A stretch of 64,000 nt of DNA from Candidatus Bathyarchaeota archaeon. GTDB lineage: Archaea; Thermoproteota; Bathyarchaeia; Bathyarchaeales; Bathycorpusculaceae. Position 1 is the first letter of the stretch; every line of letters begins with the position of its first letter. The translations under genes and the position numbers were made by a program. Below are positions 1 to 9,613 of the stretch, piece by piece. Where the stretch lies: positions 1-64,000 of the forward strand of contig OY970280.1 of NCBI GenBank assembly GCA_963715865.1. Reading direction: 5' to 3'. Under the pieces are notes generated by a model that searched no databases, was not told the origin of the DNA, and saw only the letters and a list, made by a program, of their open reading frames with translations.

Positions 1-1362
1 CAGCATCCATCTTTCATGCCCTTAGGCATCGGGTACTTAGGTGCGGTGTTGTACAAGAATCATTTTGAAGTTAACGTGATTGATTGCCAAGCACAAAAAC
101 TCACTCACAAACAGTTCAGAGAAGAAATTGGGAAAGTCCAACCTGACATAGTTGGAGTCACCTCTACCACTCTCACATACAAGTCCGCCCTCCGAATAGT
201 AAAAATATGCAAGGAAGTTTGGCCAAACTGCATAACTGCAATCGGAGGTCCCCATGTTACCTTCTGGGATGACAAGGCATTGCAAGAAGAGCCGTCCTTA
301 GATGTTGTTGTCAGGAGAGAGGGCGAAAACACAATGCTGGAGCTTGCACAAAGAGTCGAAAAACATCAAGCTTTCCATGACCTTGCAGGCACTACTTGCA
401 GGAAGGGTACAGAAATCATGAAGAACCCCGACAGACCTTACTTGGAAGACCTCGACAGCTTGCCTTTTCCAGCACTTCATCTTTGGCAGCATACGGAAAA
501 TCTGCGGAAGTACGGAACGATACCTTATCCTGTGATGACTAGTCGAGGCTGCGTGTACTGGTGCAACTTCTGCACAGCCGTCAGAATGTTCGGCAGAAGA
601 TACCGCATGCGTAGTCCAAAAAATGTAGTAGACGAGCTGGAGTTTCTCCACAGAAACTACTATGCGAACCAATTTACGTTCTACGATGATGCATTCACGG
701 TGGATCAAGCTAGAACCGCACAGATATGTGAGGAAATTCAGCGGAGAGGACTAAGAATCAAGTGGGATTGTGAAACCCGAGTGGACATGGTAACTAAAGA
801 ACTCCTTGTAAAAATGAGGGAGGCAGGTTGCATAGCTGTTTGGTTCGGCGTCGAGTCAGGCTCAAAGAAAGTTTTAAACAGCATGGGGAAAGGCTTCTCA
901 CTTGCTCAAACGAGAAGAGCATTCAAGTGGGCAAAAGAAGCAGGGTTGATGACGGTTGCAGGCGTAATCTTGGGTTTTCCTGGCGAAACAAAAGAGAGCG
1001 CTTGGGAAACAATTCGGTTTGTGAAGGAACTTAACCCTAATGATGTAGGATTCTACATAGCCACACCTTACCCTGGAACACCCCTGTACGACGAGGTGAA
1101 AGCGAACGGATGCCTAAGGATAACTGACTTTGACAAATACGATACGGCGACGCCAATCTTTGAGATTCCAAACTTAAGCATGCAGGAGTTGACAGAAATT
1201 CGGGAACAAGCATTCCAAAAGTTCTACCTCAGCCCAGCCTACTTCGTCAGCGCGTTAAGCATGTTTAAGAAAGGAAAAATGTGGGGTCTAGGCGCAACTC
1301 GTCTAATACTGGCACATTTCCGAAGGGCAATCAGAGCAAAAGCAAACAGCCTGATGAAGTAG
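1..1362 (+). CDS. B12-binding (class B) radical SAM protein, probably 5'-truncated by the window edge
   Basis: B12-binding motifs PLGIGYLGAVL, DIVGVTSTT, IGGPHVT; radical SAM SRGCVYWCNFC; FGVESGS. The frame is open to base 1 (QHPSF-MPLG), so the true start probably lies upstream. Confidence 0.9.
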   Translation, partial: QHPSFMPLGIGYLGAVLYKNHFEVNVIDCQAQKLTHKQFREEIGKVQPDIVGVTSTTLTYKSALRIVKICKEVWPNCITAIGGPHVTFWDDKALQEEPSLDVVVRREGENTMLELAQRVEKHQAFHDLAGTTCRKGTEIMKNPDRPYLEDLDSLPFPALHLWQHTENLRKYGTIPYPVMTSRGCVYWCNFCTAVRMFGRRYRMRSPKNVVDELEFLHRNYYANQFTFYDDAFTVDQARTAQICEEIQRRGLRIKWDCETRVDMVTKELLVKMREAGCIAVWFGVESGSKKVLNSMGKGFSLAQTRRAFKWAKEAGLMTVAGVILGFPGETKESAWETIRFVKELNPNDVGFYIATPYPGTPLYDEVKANGCLRITDFDKYDTATPIFEIPNLSMQELTEIREQAFQKFYLSPAYFVSALSMFKKGKMWGLGATRLILAHFRRAIRAKANSLMK

Positions 1363-1407
1363 AAAAGAGGGCAACACAAAACAATTGAACATGGAGAAAG
1401 CTGAACA

Positions 1408-2769
1408 TTGATTTTACTAATGACCACTGCCCCACCCTTGAAATCGCCTTGGGGTATGGCGGGGAAGCTTCCTCCCCTAGGGTTAGCTTATGTTGCTGCA
1501 GCTTTAGAAAAGAACGACTTCCATGTAGAAATTCTTGACAATTACTTGCTGGAAAGGCCAATTGAAGAAGTTAAATTGGAAGTGAGAAAGCGTGCCCCAG
1601 AAATAGTAGGCATAACCTGCAGTTCTTTGACTTATGCGCGGTGTGTCGAGACAGCTAAAGCAGTCAAAGAAGCATACCCATCCTGCAGAGTAGTAGTGGG
1701 AGGACCGCATCCCTCGTACATGCCCCAAACCATGCTGCAACACGAAGAGATAGATTACGTGGTTATTGGCGAGGGAGAGCAGACAATGGTGAAACTTGCC
1801 GCCAGCATCATGAAAGGCGAAGAAGACACGGTCGCCAAAATTCCAGGCGTAGCATGCAGGATTGGCGGCGAAGTAGTCAAGAACGCGCCTGAATTCATCA
1901 GCGATTTGGATCAAGTTCCCTTTCCAGCGCGTCATCTGCTGCCGATGCAAATGTACGACCGTGCGCTAAGCTATTTGAGTGTTAAACCAGTCGATACCAT
2001 GAGCATACTGCGTGGCTGCCCCTACAAGTGCGCGTACTGTGAAACTAGGGAATTGTGGGGAACCACTTGTCGAGCCTTCTCGCCCCAAAGAGTCATAGAC
2101 GAAATAAAGCATATGGTTGAAAACTACGGTTCAAAGGGAATCTACTTCGTCGGCGACAACTTCACCATAAACAAAAAACGTACCGCTGAGCTGTGCGGAC
2201 TAATCAGAAATAACAAAATTGACGTCGAATGGACATGCGAAACCAGAGCCGACCTTATCTCCAAAGAGTTGCTTGTTGAAATGAAATCTGCTGGCTGCCA
2301 AACCATATTCTTCGGAGTGGAATCCGGTTCGCCTCCAATCCTGCAAAAACTAGACAAAAACATCAATCTACAAGAAGTCGAGCATGCTTTCGAGCTTTGC
2401 AGGCAAGTGGGAATACGAACGGCCACTTCTTTCATGCTGGGAATCCCTGGTGAAACAGTTAGCGATATGAAAGCCACATTTAAGTTTGCAAAGCGCCTCC
2501 AAGCGGACTGGTGCCAATTCAACATTTACGTGGCATGCCCCAGCAGCAGACTGTACGATGAAGTGATAAGCCAAGGCTTGTATGATCAGATGGATAACTA
2601 TTTGGCTAGGGTAAAAACTAAAGACTTTGATTATGAGCTGCTGGTGAAAATTCAAAGGCAATTCCAGAGAAGCTGCCAAAGGTCGCCCTCTAGGCTAATT
2701 AGGGTAATTAAGCAGGAAGGCTTAGCGAGCGCATTCAAGAAAGGAGCCGCGATGATTTTCCATAGTTAG
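1408..2769 (+). CDS. B12-binding (class B) radical SAM protein, tandem paralog
   Basis: PPLGLAYVAAAL, VVGGPHPS, RGCPYKCAYC, WTCETRAD, FGVESGS; TTG start, alternative ATG at 1420. Confidence 0.9.
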   Translation: MILLMTTAPPLKSPWGMAGKLPPLGLAYVAAALEKNDFHVEILDNYLLERPIEEVKLEVRKRAPEIVGITCSSLTYARCVETAKAVKEAYPSCRVVVGGPHPSYMPQTMLQHEEIDYVVIGEGEQTMVKLAASIMKGEEDTVAKIPGVACRIGGEVVKNAPEFISDLDQVPFPARHLLPMQMYDRALSYLSVKPVDTMSILRGCPYKCAYCETRELWGTTCRAFSPQRVIDEIKHMVENYGSKGIYFVGDNFTINKKRTAELCGLIRNNKIDVEWTCETRADLISKELLVEMKSAGCQTIFFGVESGSPPILQKLDKNINLQEVEHAFELCRQVGIRTATSFMLGIPGETVSDMKATFKFAKRLQADWCQFNIYVACPSSRLYDEVISQGLYDQMDNYLARVKTKDFDYELLVKIQRQFQRSCQRSPSRLIRVIKQEGLASAFKKGAAMIFHS

Positions 2770-2818
2770 GTTATAGTTGCCGCCGCTTCTTCTTCATCAA
2801 TAGCTATTCTTTTTGAGG

Positions 2819-3130
2819 TTATACTGGTACATTGATTGTTTTAAGAATCTCAACGAAAGCTTTCATCGGCAGTTTGTTGTCGGTAACGTTTTTTATTAGC
2901 ATCCGACCGCCATCAAAAAGACTTATCTCCATTTTCATATAATCAAACATCAAGAGCATTGGAGATTTCACGCGAATTTTTGCATGCTGTTTCTTTATTT
3001 TTTCGCATGCTTGGTCCATGTTAAACTTCAAGGGTTGCGCTGGAGTTATGTCTGCGGTTGTTCCCCCACAGAGCCAAACAATGTTTAGGGTGAGATTACC
3101 GACAACTTGTTTTTCTGCCACTTCCCTCAT
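2819..3130 (-). CDS. Small protein resembling the stand-alone C-terminal domain of extended MoeB/ThiF proteins
   Basis: WLCGGTTADI...LLMFDY..EISLFDGGRMLIKNVTD resembles the LCGRNAVQI...LF.DGRALIKGT.D extension (by-eye similarity); start uncertain. Confidence 0.5.
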   Translation of the reverse strand: MREVAEKQVVGNLTLNIVWLCGGTTADITPAQPLKFNMDQACEKIKKQHAKIRVKSPMLLMFDYMKMEISLFDGGRMLIKNVTDNKLPMKAFVEILKTINVPV

Positions 3131-3234
3131 CTCCAGCCTTAGTACTGTCTTAGGCGTAAACTTGGTTTATCAACATTGCCATAAAACACGGCAGCGAACC
3201 CGTTGCAGGCTGCATCTCAAACTAGCTGATTACT

Positions 3235-3987
3235 CTATCTTAGGATAGACTGCTGTGGGCTTTTGGGTACAAGAACAGCTTCTTCAATGTCCATGTAGAG
3301 GAAGTCTCCGGTGGGGTACGGTGAACCGCCGAAATCGACAACTTTGCTTCTCTTTGTGTATTTGGTAATTTCGATGCGTTGTTTGAATAGCGGCGCGTCA
3401 AGCGATGTTGAGTGGTATTCTCCAGGTTCTCCTGAGACGTCTATTCCCTTTCCCGCGGGACCGACTAGGGATTTCATGTCTTCAATGCATTTTCTGTCGA
3501 TCTGTCGCCCCAACCATTGTTCTGTGAAGTACCTTTGGTCTAGGCAACTGAGAATTGCTTTGACTCCGGTTGATTGCTCCATGTTCATGATTCGTTTGCG
3601 ATAGCGGCTGCCTGGAATTAGGTTGAGTGGTCGGTCCCAAAGGGGCATTATGAGCTTCATGTTTAGTTTTTTGCATGCATCTTTCCATACGCGTCTGTGA
3701 TGTACGTTGTCAATGTCGCCTGTTACGATGGCTTCAACGCCCTGTTCTTTATGTAGTCTTTCTAGGGTTCCCATGATGTCGTCATAGCGGTTATCTGTAA
3801 TTTTTACAAATTGGTGAGGAACGCCGAGAGATTTGGCTTGTAATTCTATGACTTTGAAACTATGAAAAACGTAGGGTTCCATGTAGATGTAGGTGACGAG
3901 ACATGCTATTTCGTGACCCTGCTCTATCACTTTGTGGTAAGCTGTACAGCAATCTTTTCCTCCACTCCAGTGGACAACCACTTTCAT
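3235..3987 (-). CDS. Dph6/DUF71 family PP-loop ATPase, paralog 1
   Basis: HWSGGKDC PP-loop, IVTGDI, PLW, GEPGEYHS. Confidence 0.88.
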   Translation of the reverse strand: MKVVVHWSGGKDCCTAYHKVIEQGHEIACLVTYIYMEPYVFHSFKVIELQAKSLGVPHQFVKITDNRYDDIMGTLERLHKEQGVEAIVTGDIDNVHHRRVWKDACKKLNMKLIMPLWDRPLNLIPGSRYRKRIMNMEQSTGVKAILSCLDQRYFTEQWLGRQIDRKCIEDMKSLVGPAGKGIDVSGEPGEYHSTSLDAPLFKQRIEITKYTKRSKVVDFGGSPYPTGDFLYMDIEEAVLVPKSPQQSILR

Positions 3988-4136
3988 TTTACTTCAACAT
4001 CCAAGGTACACTTTGGACCCGTTTGATGATGGATAAACACATGAACTTATAAGCGTTTACGGAAACCTAACAGGGCACGGCAATTATCTACTCGAAGAAT
4101 TCTCATCTATGCGGGTCGCCGGGTAAAATTTAGTTC

Positions 4137-4240
4137 TCAGCATTTTTCAAGTATTTGTTTTAGTGTTTCTACGAGTTTTTGGTTGTCTTCAGCTGATCTG
4201 ACTGTGATTTCTGAAGTAGCTGTTGTCTAAGTCTGTGAAG
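4137..4240 (-). pseudogene. Degenerate duplicate of the cobD 3' end
   Basis: Minus strand reads FTDLDNSYFR(+1 nt)ITVRSAEDNQKLVETLKQILEKC*, against cobD FVGLDDSYFRVTVRSAEDNQKLTETIKQTLNK at about 4975-5082. Confidence 0.85.
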
Positions 4241-4348
4241 ATTCATCTTTATTGATTTAGGTTTTTAGTCGTCAACTCTAGCAAAATGGTGGTTTGGTGT
4301 TGATAGTGTTTAAATGTGTGTTTAAACATATTCTTATTGGGTATCCAC

Positions 4349-4561
4349 TTGGTTAAAACTATCACTATTCGTGATGAAGTTTACCGTAAGCTTACGGCTA
4401 TAAAGCGGAAAGGTGAAAGCTTTAGTGAACTTTTTGACAGGCTTGCGGAATGCCAGGATTCACGTGAGACATTAACTAAGCTTAGAGCCACTGTCGAGTT
4501 TAAGAATAAAGAGAAGATGCTTTCTGAGTTATCGAATTTAAGGGCTGAACGTAGAAGTTGA
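4349..4561 (+). CDS. vapB: VapB-like antitoxin (UPF0330/DUF217 type)
   Basis: KTITIRDEVYRKL..IKRKGESFSELFDRL; likely TTG start at 4349; 4-bp overlap with the PIN gene. Confidence 0.8.
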   Translation: MVKTITIRDEVYRKLTAIKRKGESFSELFDRLAECQDSRETLTKLRATVEFKNKEKMLSELSNLRAERRS

Positions 4562-4938
4562 TTGCTCTAGATTCCGATGTCTTGATTGAAATATTAGATC
4601 GGAAATCCGAGAAGGGTGCAGAAGCGTTTAAACGCATTTTAGATAGTGGCGAGGACGTTTGTACGACGGTCATAAGCATACATGAGGTGTTGTTTGGGCT
4701 TCATAAATATGGTAAACCTGTAAAAGAATTATTGCAATTACCTGTTCTTAATTATACGAAGAACGACGCAATGCTCTCCAGCAAGCTTGAACTGGAAACT
4801 GAACAAACTGGTAAGCCTATACGGAGGACAGACACAATGGTTGCAGCTATAGCCATAAACAACAACGCTATTCTGTACACATTTGACCTAAAACACTTTG
4901 AACCTCTAAAACCTCATGGGCTTAAAATCTTTAAATAA
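4558..4938 (+). CDS. vapC: PIN-domain toxin VapC
   Basis: ALDSDVLIE, ISIHEV, TDTMVAAIAI, YTFDLKHF acidic PIN motifs. Confidence 0.88.
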   Translation: MIALDSDVLIEILDRKSEKGAEAFKRILDSGEDVCTTVISIHEVLFGLHKYGKPVKELLQLPVLNYTKNDAMLSSKLELETEQTGKPIRRTDTMVAAIAINNNAILYTFDLKHFEPLKPHGLKIFK

Positions 4939-4970
4939 TCTACCTTATTAAGGAATTGTTATGATAAAAT

Positions 4971-6095
4971 TTAATTCCTAGTTATTTTGTTTAATGTTTG
5001 TTTTATTGTTTCTGTGAGTTTTTGGTTATCTTCAGCTGATCTTACTGTGACCCTGAAGTAGCTATCGTCCAAGCCCACGAAGGTACAGCAGTCACGGATT
5101 AGGATGCGCTCTTTAGCCAGCAGTTCTTTCAGCTTGGTGGAGGTGATTTTTCGGTTCAGGATTTTCACAAGCAGAAAATTCGTTACTGATGGGTAAACGT
5201 GTAAGCCTTCGATTTCGCTTAGGTTCTTGGCAAACTGCGCTCTTTCCTTGGCAATTGTCCTCTTGGTGTTTTCTATAAATTCTGTGTCGTTGAACGCTGC
5301 AAGTGTCGCTGCGCCTGCCAAACCGTTGATGCTCCATGGTTGCCTAACTGTTTCCAGCTTATCGATTAGGTTTCCTGCTGCTATGCCATAGCCTAAGCGG
5401 ATGCCAGGCATTCCGTAGAATTTTGTAACCGACCGAATCACGAAGAGGTTCTCGTACTCTTTCACCATCCCAGCTAGCGTTGTGTCTTGCCCTTTCTCTG
5501 CAAATTCGATGTAGTTCTCGTCTACGCTGAAGATGATGTCTTTTTTGTGGCAGAAATCAACAAGGTCCAAAACTGTTTCTTTACTGTACAATGTTCCCGA
5601 AGGACTATGCGGGTTGCAAACACACATAATTTTAGTGTCGCCAGTAACTGCCCTCTTAATTTTCTCCGTTTCCAAAGCAAAATTCTCAGGTAACTGAACA
5701 AACACTGTCTCGCCGCCAACCCTCAATGCTGCTTTCTCATACTCTGAGAACGAGGGGACGGGAATGAGTGACTTAAATCCACGGGGCAAAATCTCCGTAA
5801 TGGTATAAATAAGCTCAATCGAGCCGTTGCCTAAAATGACGTTTTCCTCTTCAACTCCGTGCCCTACGTATTTGGCGATTTCCGATTTAAACTCAACAGG
5901 GTTAGGGTCAGGATAAAACTGAATCAAATTAGCATACTGTTTTACAGCTTCAACCGCTTTAGGCGAAGGCCCAAGAAAATTGATAGGTCCACTGAACTCA
6001 AGCACTTCTTCAAGCGGAACATTATATTTCCTGCTAAAACCCCAGATGTCTCCGCCGTGGCTAACAAACCTGCGTTCCTTACACGTGTCCGACAG
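4971..6095 (-). CDS. cobD: L-threonine-O-3-phosphate decarboxylase (class I/II PLP aminotransferase fold)
   Basis: CNPHSPSG, VDENYIEF, RSVTKFYGMPGIRLGY, LIRDC. The conserved HGGDIW motif is in frame upstream of the ORF-track start at 6005, implying a CTG start at 6095. Confidence 0.8.
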   Translation of the reverse strand: MSDTCKERRFVSHGGDIWGFSRKYNVPLEEVLEFSGPINFLGPSPKAVEAVKQYANLIQFYPDPNPVEFKSEIAKYVGHGVEEENVILGNGSIELIYTITEILPRGFKSLIPVPSFSEYEKAALRVGGETVFVQLPENFALETEKIKRAVTGDTKIMCVCNPHSPSGTLYSKETVLDLVDFCHKKDIIFSVDENYIEFAEKGQDTTLAGMVKEYENLFVIRSVTKFYGMPGIRLGYGIAAGNLIDKLETVRQPWSINGLAGAATLAAFNDTEFIENTKRTIAKERAQFAKNLSEIEGLHVYPSVTNFLLVKILNRKITSTKLKELLAKERILIRDCCTFVGLDDSYFRVTVRSAEDNQKLTETIKQTLNKITRN

Positions 6096-6654
6096 CTTTC
6101 TCTTCCTCCATTAGCCTGCCTATTTCTTTTTCAACTTGCAACTGAGCCTTAAAGTGAGCGTTATACAAGTTAACGACCTTGTATAGCCAGTAAATCGTCC
6201 CAACGCCCAACGTAACTATCGTAATCAAAACATATGTTTTTATCGGTATCGTCTGCGGCATAAATATTCTTTGCGGAAAAGCAGCAGCGAGAAAAGCGTC
6301 CTGATTTCGTTCATGCACCGCTAAATCTCTCGATAACAAATACAAAATTACAAAAACAGGCACAATCAAAACAATGCTGACAGCCCACGCCTTCGCATTC
6401 CTCTCTGCAACGCCCTCGCTTGTTGCTGGCGACTTCTTCCCCTGACGCCCCAAATAAGTAGCAATCTGCTTCTCCAACTCTGCTTCACGCCGAAAATGCC
6501 TATTTCTGCCCTCAATCAAGCGGTAGTACATGGGGAAAAATGCCAACCCGAAAGTAACAATCGCCCCCAAAAACCACATGGAAAACCACATTTTCCTGTC
6601 AGCATCAACTTTACTGTACATAGCGTTTTCCATCTTAAGCATCAAACTATCCAT
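6079..6654 (-). CDS. Membrane protein with two DUF4234-like segments
   Basis: Two hydrophobic repeats IVTFGLAFFPMYYRL...RNRH and IVTLGVGTIYWLYKVVNLYNAH. Confidence 0.6.
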   Translation of the reverse strand: MDSLMLKMENAMYSKVDADRKMWFSMWFLGAIVTFGLAFFPMYYRLIEGRNRHFRREAELEKQIATYLGRQGKKSPATSEGVAERNAKAWAVSIVLIVPVFVILYLLSRDLAVHERNQDAFLAAAFPQRIFMPQTIPIKTYVLITIVTLGVGTIYWLYKVVNLYNAHFKAQLQVEKEIGRLMEEEKAVGHV

Positions 6655-6718
6655 TCAACTGCTTACAAGGTTGGAGTAGCCAAACTTTATAAGTTCTTCC
6701 TTTGAGCATCTTAATAAA

Positions 6719-7417
6719 ATGAGCCTCAAGACAATGCTGCTTTCCATTATAATTCCCGTCTACAACGAGGAATTAACCGTAGGCAACATAATCGACCGCG
6801 TAAAATTGGTCATGCAGCAAACTGGGCTAAAGAACGAAATAATAGTTGTAGACGACTGCTCGTATGACAAATCGCTTGAAGTAGCCAAAAAACGCAGCGC
6901 CAAAATCTACACCCTAAAACAACACTTAGGCAAAGGCTACGCGCTACGAGCGGGTTTTTCCAAAGCAAAAGGCGATATAATAGTCACCATAGACTCAGAC
7001 GGTTCGCATAAACCTGAAGAACTCCTAGAAGTATTGGCGCCGGTTCTCGAAGACAAAGCCGACTTAGTCATAGGCTCAAGATACCTGAACCACAAGAGCG
7101 TGGCTGCAAGAAAACTAAACGCTTTCGGCGTCAAACTCTTCAACTATTTTATCCAACTTTTAACAGGCGTAGCCATCACTGACTCCCAATCAGGCTACCG
7201 CGCCATGAAACGTCAAGTTCTAAAAAACCAAAACCTAAAGTCAGGCGAATACGAAATAGAATCCGAAATGCTTGTTAAAACCGCCAAAAAAAACTTCAGA
7301 ATCACCGAGGTGCCGATAAGTTTTGAGCAGCGAACTTACGGCAGATCCGGAGTTGACCCCATTGTTGACGGGTTCAAAATTCTCCTATCAATAATTTTGG
7401 CTTATATGAAGGGTTAG
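6719..7417 (+). CDS. GT2 glycosyltransferase (polyprenol-phosphate glycosyltransferase/DPM1-like)
   Basis: SIIIPVYNE, VVDDCSYD, GKGYA, IDSDGSH, DSQSGYRA, FEQRTYGRS. Confidence 0.9.
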   Translation: MSLKTMLLSIIIPVYNEELTVGNIIDRVKLVMQQTGLKNEIIVVDDCSYDKSLEVAKKRSAKIYTLKQHLGKGYALRAGFSKAKGDIIVTIDSDGSHKPEELLEVLAPVLEDKADLVIGSRYLNHKSVAARKLNAFGVKLFNYFIQLLTGVAITDSQSGYRAMKRQVLKNQNLKSGEYEIESEMLVKTAKKNFRITEVPISFEQRTYGRSGVDPIVDGFKILLSIILAYMKG

Positions 7418-7422
7418 GCAAG

Positions 7423-8427
7423 TTGGCTGGCAACGCATATCCTAAAGTTTCAATCATAGTTGCAGCCTATAACAGCGAACAAACAATCGAAGAATGCCTC
7501 AAATCAATCCTAGCGATAGATTACCCCGCAGGTTTCATTGAAGTTATCGTCATGGATGGCGTCTCGAAAGATGGCACGGTCAAAAAAGCCCAGCAATACC
7601 CTGTCAAAGTTTTTTCCATTCGCTTGAACGCTCCAGCAGCCTACAATTACGCCATGAAAATCTCTGCGCATCAGGTTCTGGGCTTTATAGATGCAGACGC
7701 CAAAGTAGAACCGCAATGGCTAAGCAAGCTCGTACCCCACTTGGAAGAACCCAAAGTAGCAGGCGCCAGCGGAAGCATTGAAACTTGGAACGCCCAAAAT
7801 CCGTGGGCTAAAAGCATCGGTTACGAACTTAAAAACCGTTACAGGCGCATAGGAAAATACACCAGCCGCATAGCCACCATGAACCTGCTGCTGAAAAAAG
7901 CTGTTATTGAAGAGGCTGGCGGATGGGACGAAAAGCTGCCCAGCCAATACGACACGGACTTAGGTTTCAGAATAAGCGCTAAAGGCTACAAAATCGCTTA
8001 TGAGCCGAACGCGGTCTGCTACCACTACAACAGGCCAACCGTGCGAGCGTACTATAGGCAGCAGTTGCAGTACGGCAAGAATACCCTAAAACTTTACTTC
8101 AAACATGGACGCTTGGCGAAGGGCGATGAAATCACCGATTTTGGCATGAACATCCAGCCTGCGCTAATCTTGGCTATCATCGTGTTTTTCCTTCTTGGAA
8201 TCATAGAAGTGCTCAGGCCCCTATGGTATGTATCAGGCTTAATTTTAGTCTTGATGTTTGTTTACTTCGTTTACTCCGCCGCCAAGGTCGCGGTTAAATT
8301 CCATGATAGGGTTGCTTTACGGTTGGTGGTGCTTTATTTTGTGAGAGCATTTGCATGGTTTGTCGGCGCAGTAATAACCACAGTCAACTATGCGAGGGGC
8401 AAAGGGAGGAAGGCGCCAAATGCGTAA
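7423..8427 (+). CDS. GT2 glycosyltransferase with C-terminal TM helices
   Basis: SIIVAAYNSE, MDGVSKD, FIDADA, GGWDE, YDTDLGFR. Confidence 0.88.
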   Translation: MAGNAYPKVSIIVAAYNSEQTIEECLKSILAIDYPAGFIEVIVMDGVSKDGTVKKAQQYPVKVFSIRLNAPAAYNYAMKISAHQVLGFIDADAKVEPQWLSKLVPHLEEPKVAGASGSIETWNAQNPWAKSIGYELKNRYRRIGKYTSRIATMNLLLKKAVIEEAGGWDEKLPSQYDTDLGFRISAKGYKIAYEPNAVCYHYNRPTVRAYYRQQLQYGKNTLKLYFKHGRLAKGDEITDFGMNIQPALILAIIVFFLLGIIEVLRPLWYVSGLILVLMFVYFVYSAAKVAVKFHDRVALRLVVLYFVRAFAWFVGAVITTVNYARGKGRKAPNA

Positions 8428-9613
8428 AGTATGCTTTGTTTCGCCTGAGTATTGGCCTTTGTCTGGTGGAACAGGTGCCTACGTTTACTACCTCTCAAAC
8501 GAGCTCATGAAGAACGGCTACAAAATCTGCGTAGTCACAGGTTCTGACCAAACATTAGACATCAAGGTCAATGAGCAGCTGAACGTGTTTTTCCTAAAAA
8601 TCCCAAAAATGCCAGTAATAAAATCTTTTATGCTTGCAGCTTCCAGCTACCGCAAACTAAACAGCGTCCGCGGAAGCGTTAACGTGGATATTACGCATGC
8701 TAACTTGCCGTTAACGCCGAACTTCGCTGTGCCGCCGAACTTTGGAAAAACGCTCGTTTGCACCGTTCACTCAACATGGAAAGGCGAAGCAGAAGCCATC
8801 CGAGGCGAACCCTACAGCAGGCTTAACGCTAACGAGAAGTTTATGGTTAGCTTCAACTGGTTTTTGCGGATTTTTGAAGAGAAAATGCTTGAGCGAGCAA
8901 ACAAAATAATCGCGGTAAGCCATTTCACAAAACGCGAACTGCTTGAGTACTATAAGGTGCCTGAAGAGAAAATCCGCGTCATCCATAACGGCGTTGACGT
9001 AAACAAGTTCAAGCCAGCACAGAATAAGCGCAAAGTCAAGGAGGAGCTTGGCTTCAACCCTGACGATATAGCCATACTCTCAGTAGGCAGGCTCTATGCA
9101 CGCAAAGGCTTATTCACACTCATCGAAAGCATGCCCGCCGTTGTTAACCGATTCAAAAACGCGAAATTCATAATTTCAGGCAAAGGGCAAAGCGACGAAA
9201 TGCGAAAACTCATCGCTCACGCAGAAAAAATTGGCGTAAAAGACAGCATAATCTTCACAGGTTACTACCCAGACAAGAAACTGCCCAAACTCTACCAAGC
9301 CGCAGACGTGTTTGCGTTTTCCACGTTCTATGAGCACCATCCCTTCGCTGTTTTGGAGGCGCTTTCAACTGGCTTGCCCGTGGTAACAACCAGCGTGGGC
9401 GGAATTCCTGAAACGATTGACAGCGGGAAAAACGGGTTTTTGGTTGAACCGTTCAATCCGAAACAGTTCGCTGACAGGATACTGTATTTGCTTGAGCACC
9501 CTGCTGAGGCTGCTGAAATGGGGCTTCTTGCACGCCAAACAATCCTAGAACGCTTCGATTGGCGCATAGTCGTCAAGGACGTGCTCAGAGTTTACGATGA
9601 AGCGTTAAGCTAA
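8420..9613 (+). CDS. GT4 glycosyltransferase
   Basis: PEYWPLSGGTG, IAVSHFT, IHNGVD, SVGRLYARKG, YQAADVF, EALSTGLPVV; ATG at 8420 preferred over 8390. Confidence 0.9.
   Translation: MRKVCFVSPEYWPLSGGTGAYVYYLSNELMKNGYKICVVTGSDQTLDIKVNEQLNVFFLKIPKMPVIKSFMLAASSYRKLNSVRGSVNVDITHANLPLTPNFAVPPNFGKTLVCTVHSTWKGEAEAIRGEPYSRLNANEKFMVSFNWFLRIFEEKMLERANKIIAVSHFTKRELLEYYKVPEEKIRVIHNGVDVNKFKPAQNKRKVKEELGFNPDDIAILSVGRLYARKGLFTLIESMPAVVNRFKNAKFIISGKGQSDEMRKLIAHAEKIGVKDSIIFTGYYPDKKLPKLYQAADVFAFSTFYEHHPFAVLEALSTGLPVVTTSVGGIPETIDSGKNGFLVEPFNPKQFADRILYLLEHPAEAAEMGLLARQTILERFDWRIVVKDVLRVYDEALS

Noticed and set aside
3167-3175. TGA after Cys as possible selenocysteine
   Set aside because: Immediately followed by TAA, with no SECIS or selenoprotein context.
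3235-3987. Naming either PP-loop ATPase dph6
   Set aside because: Two paralogs in cobamide context; the diphthamide role cannot be assigned from sequence alone.
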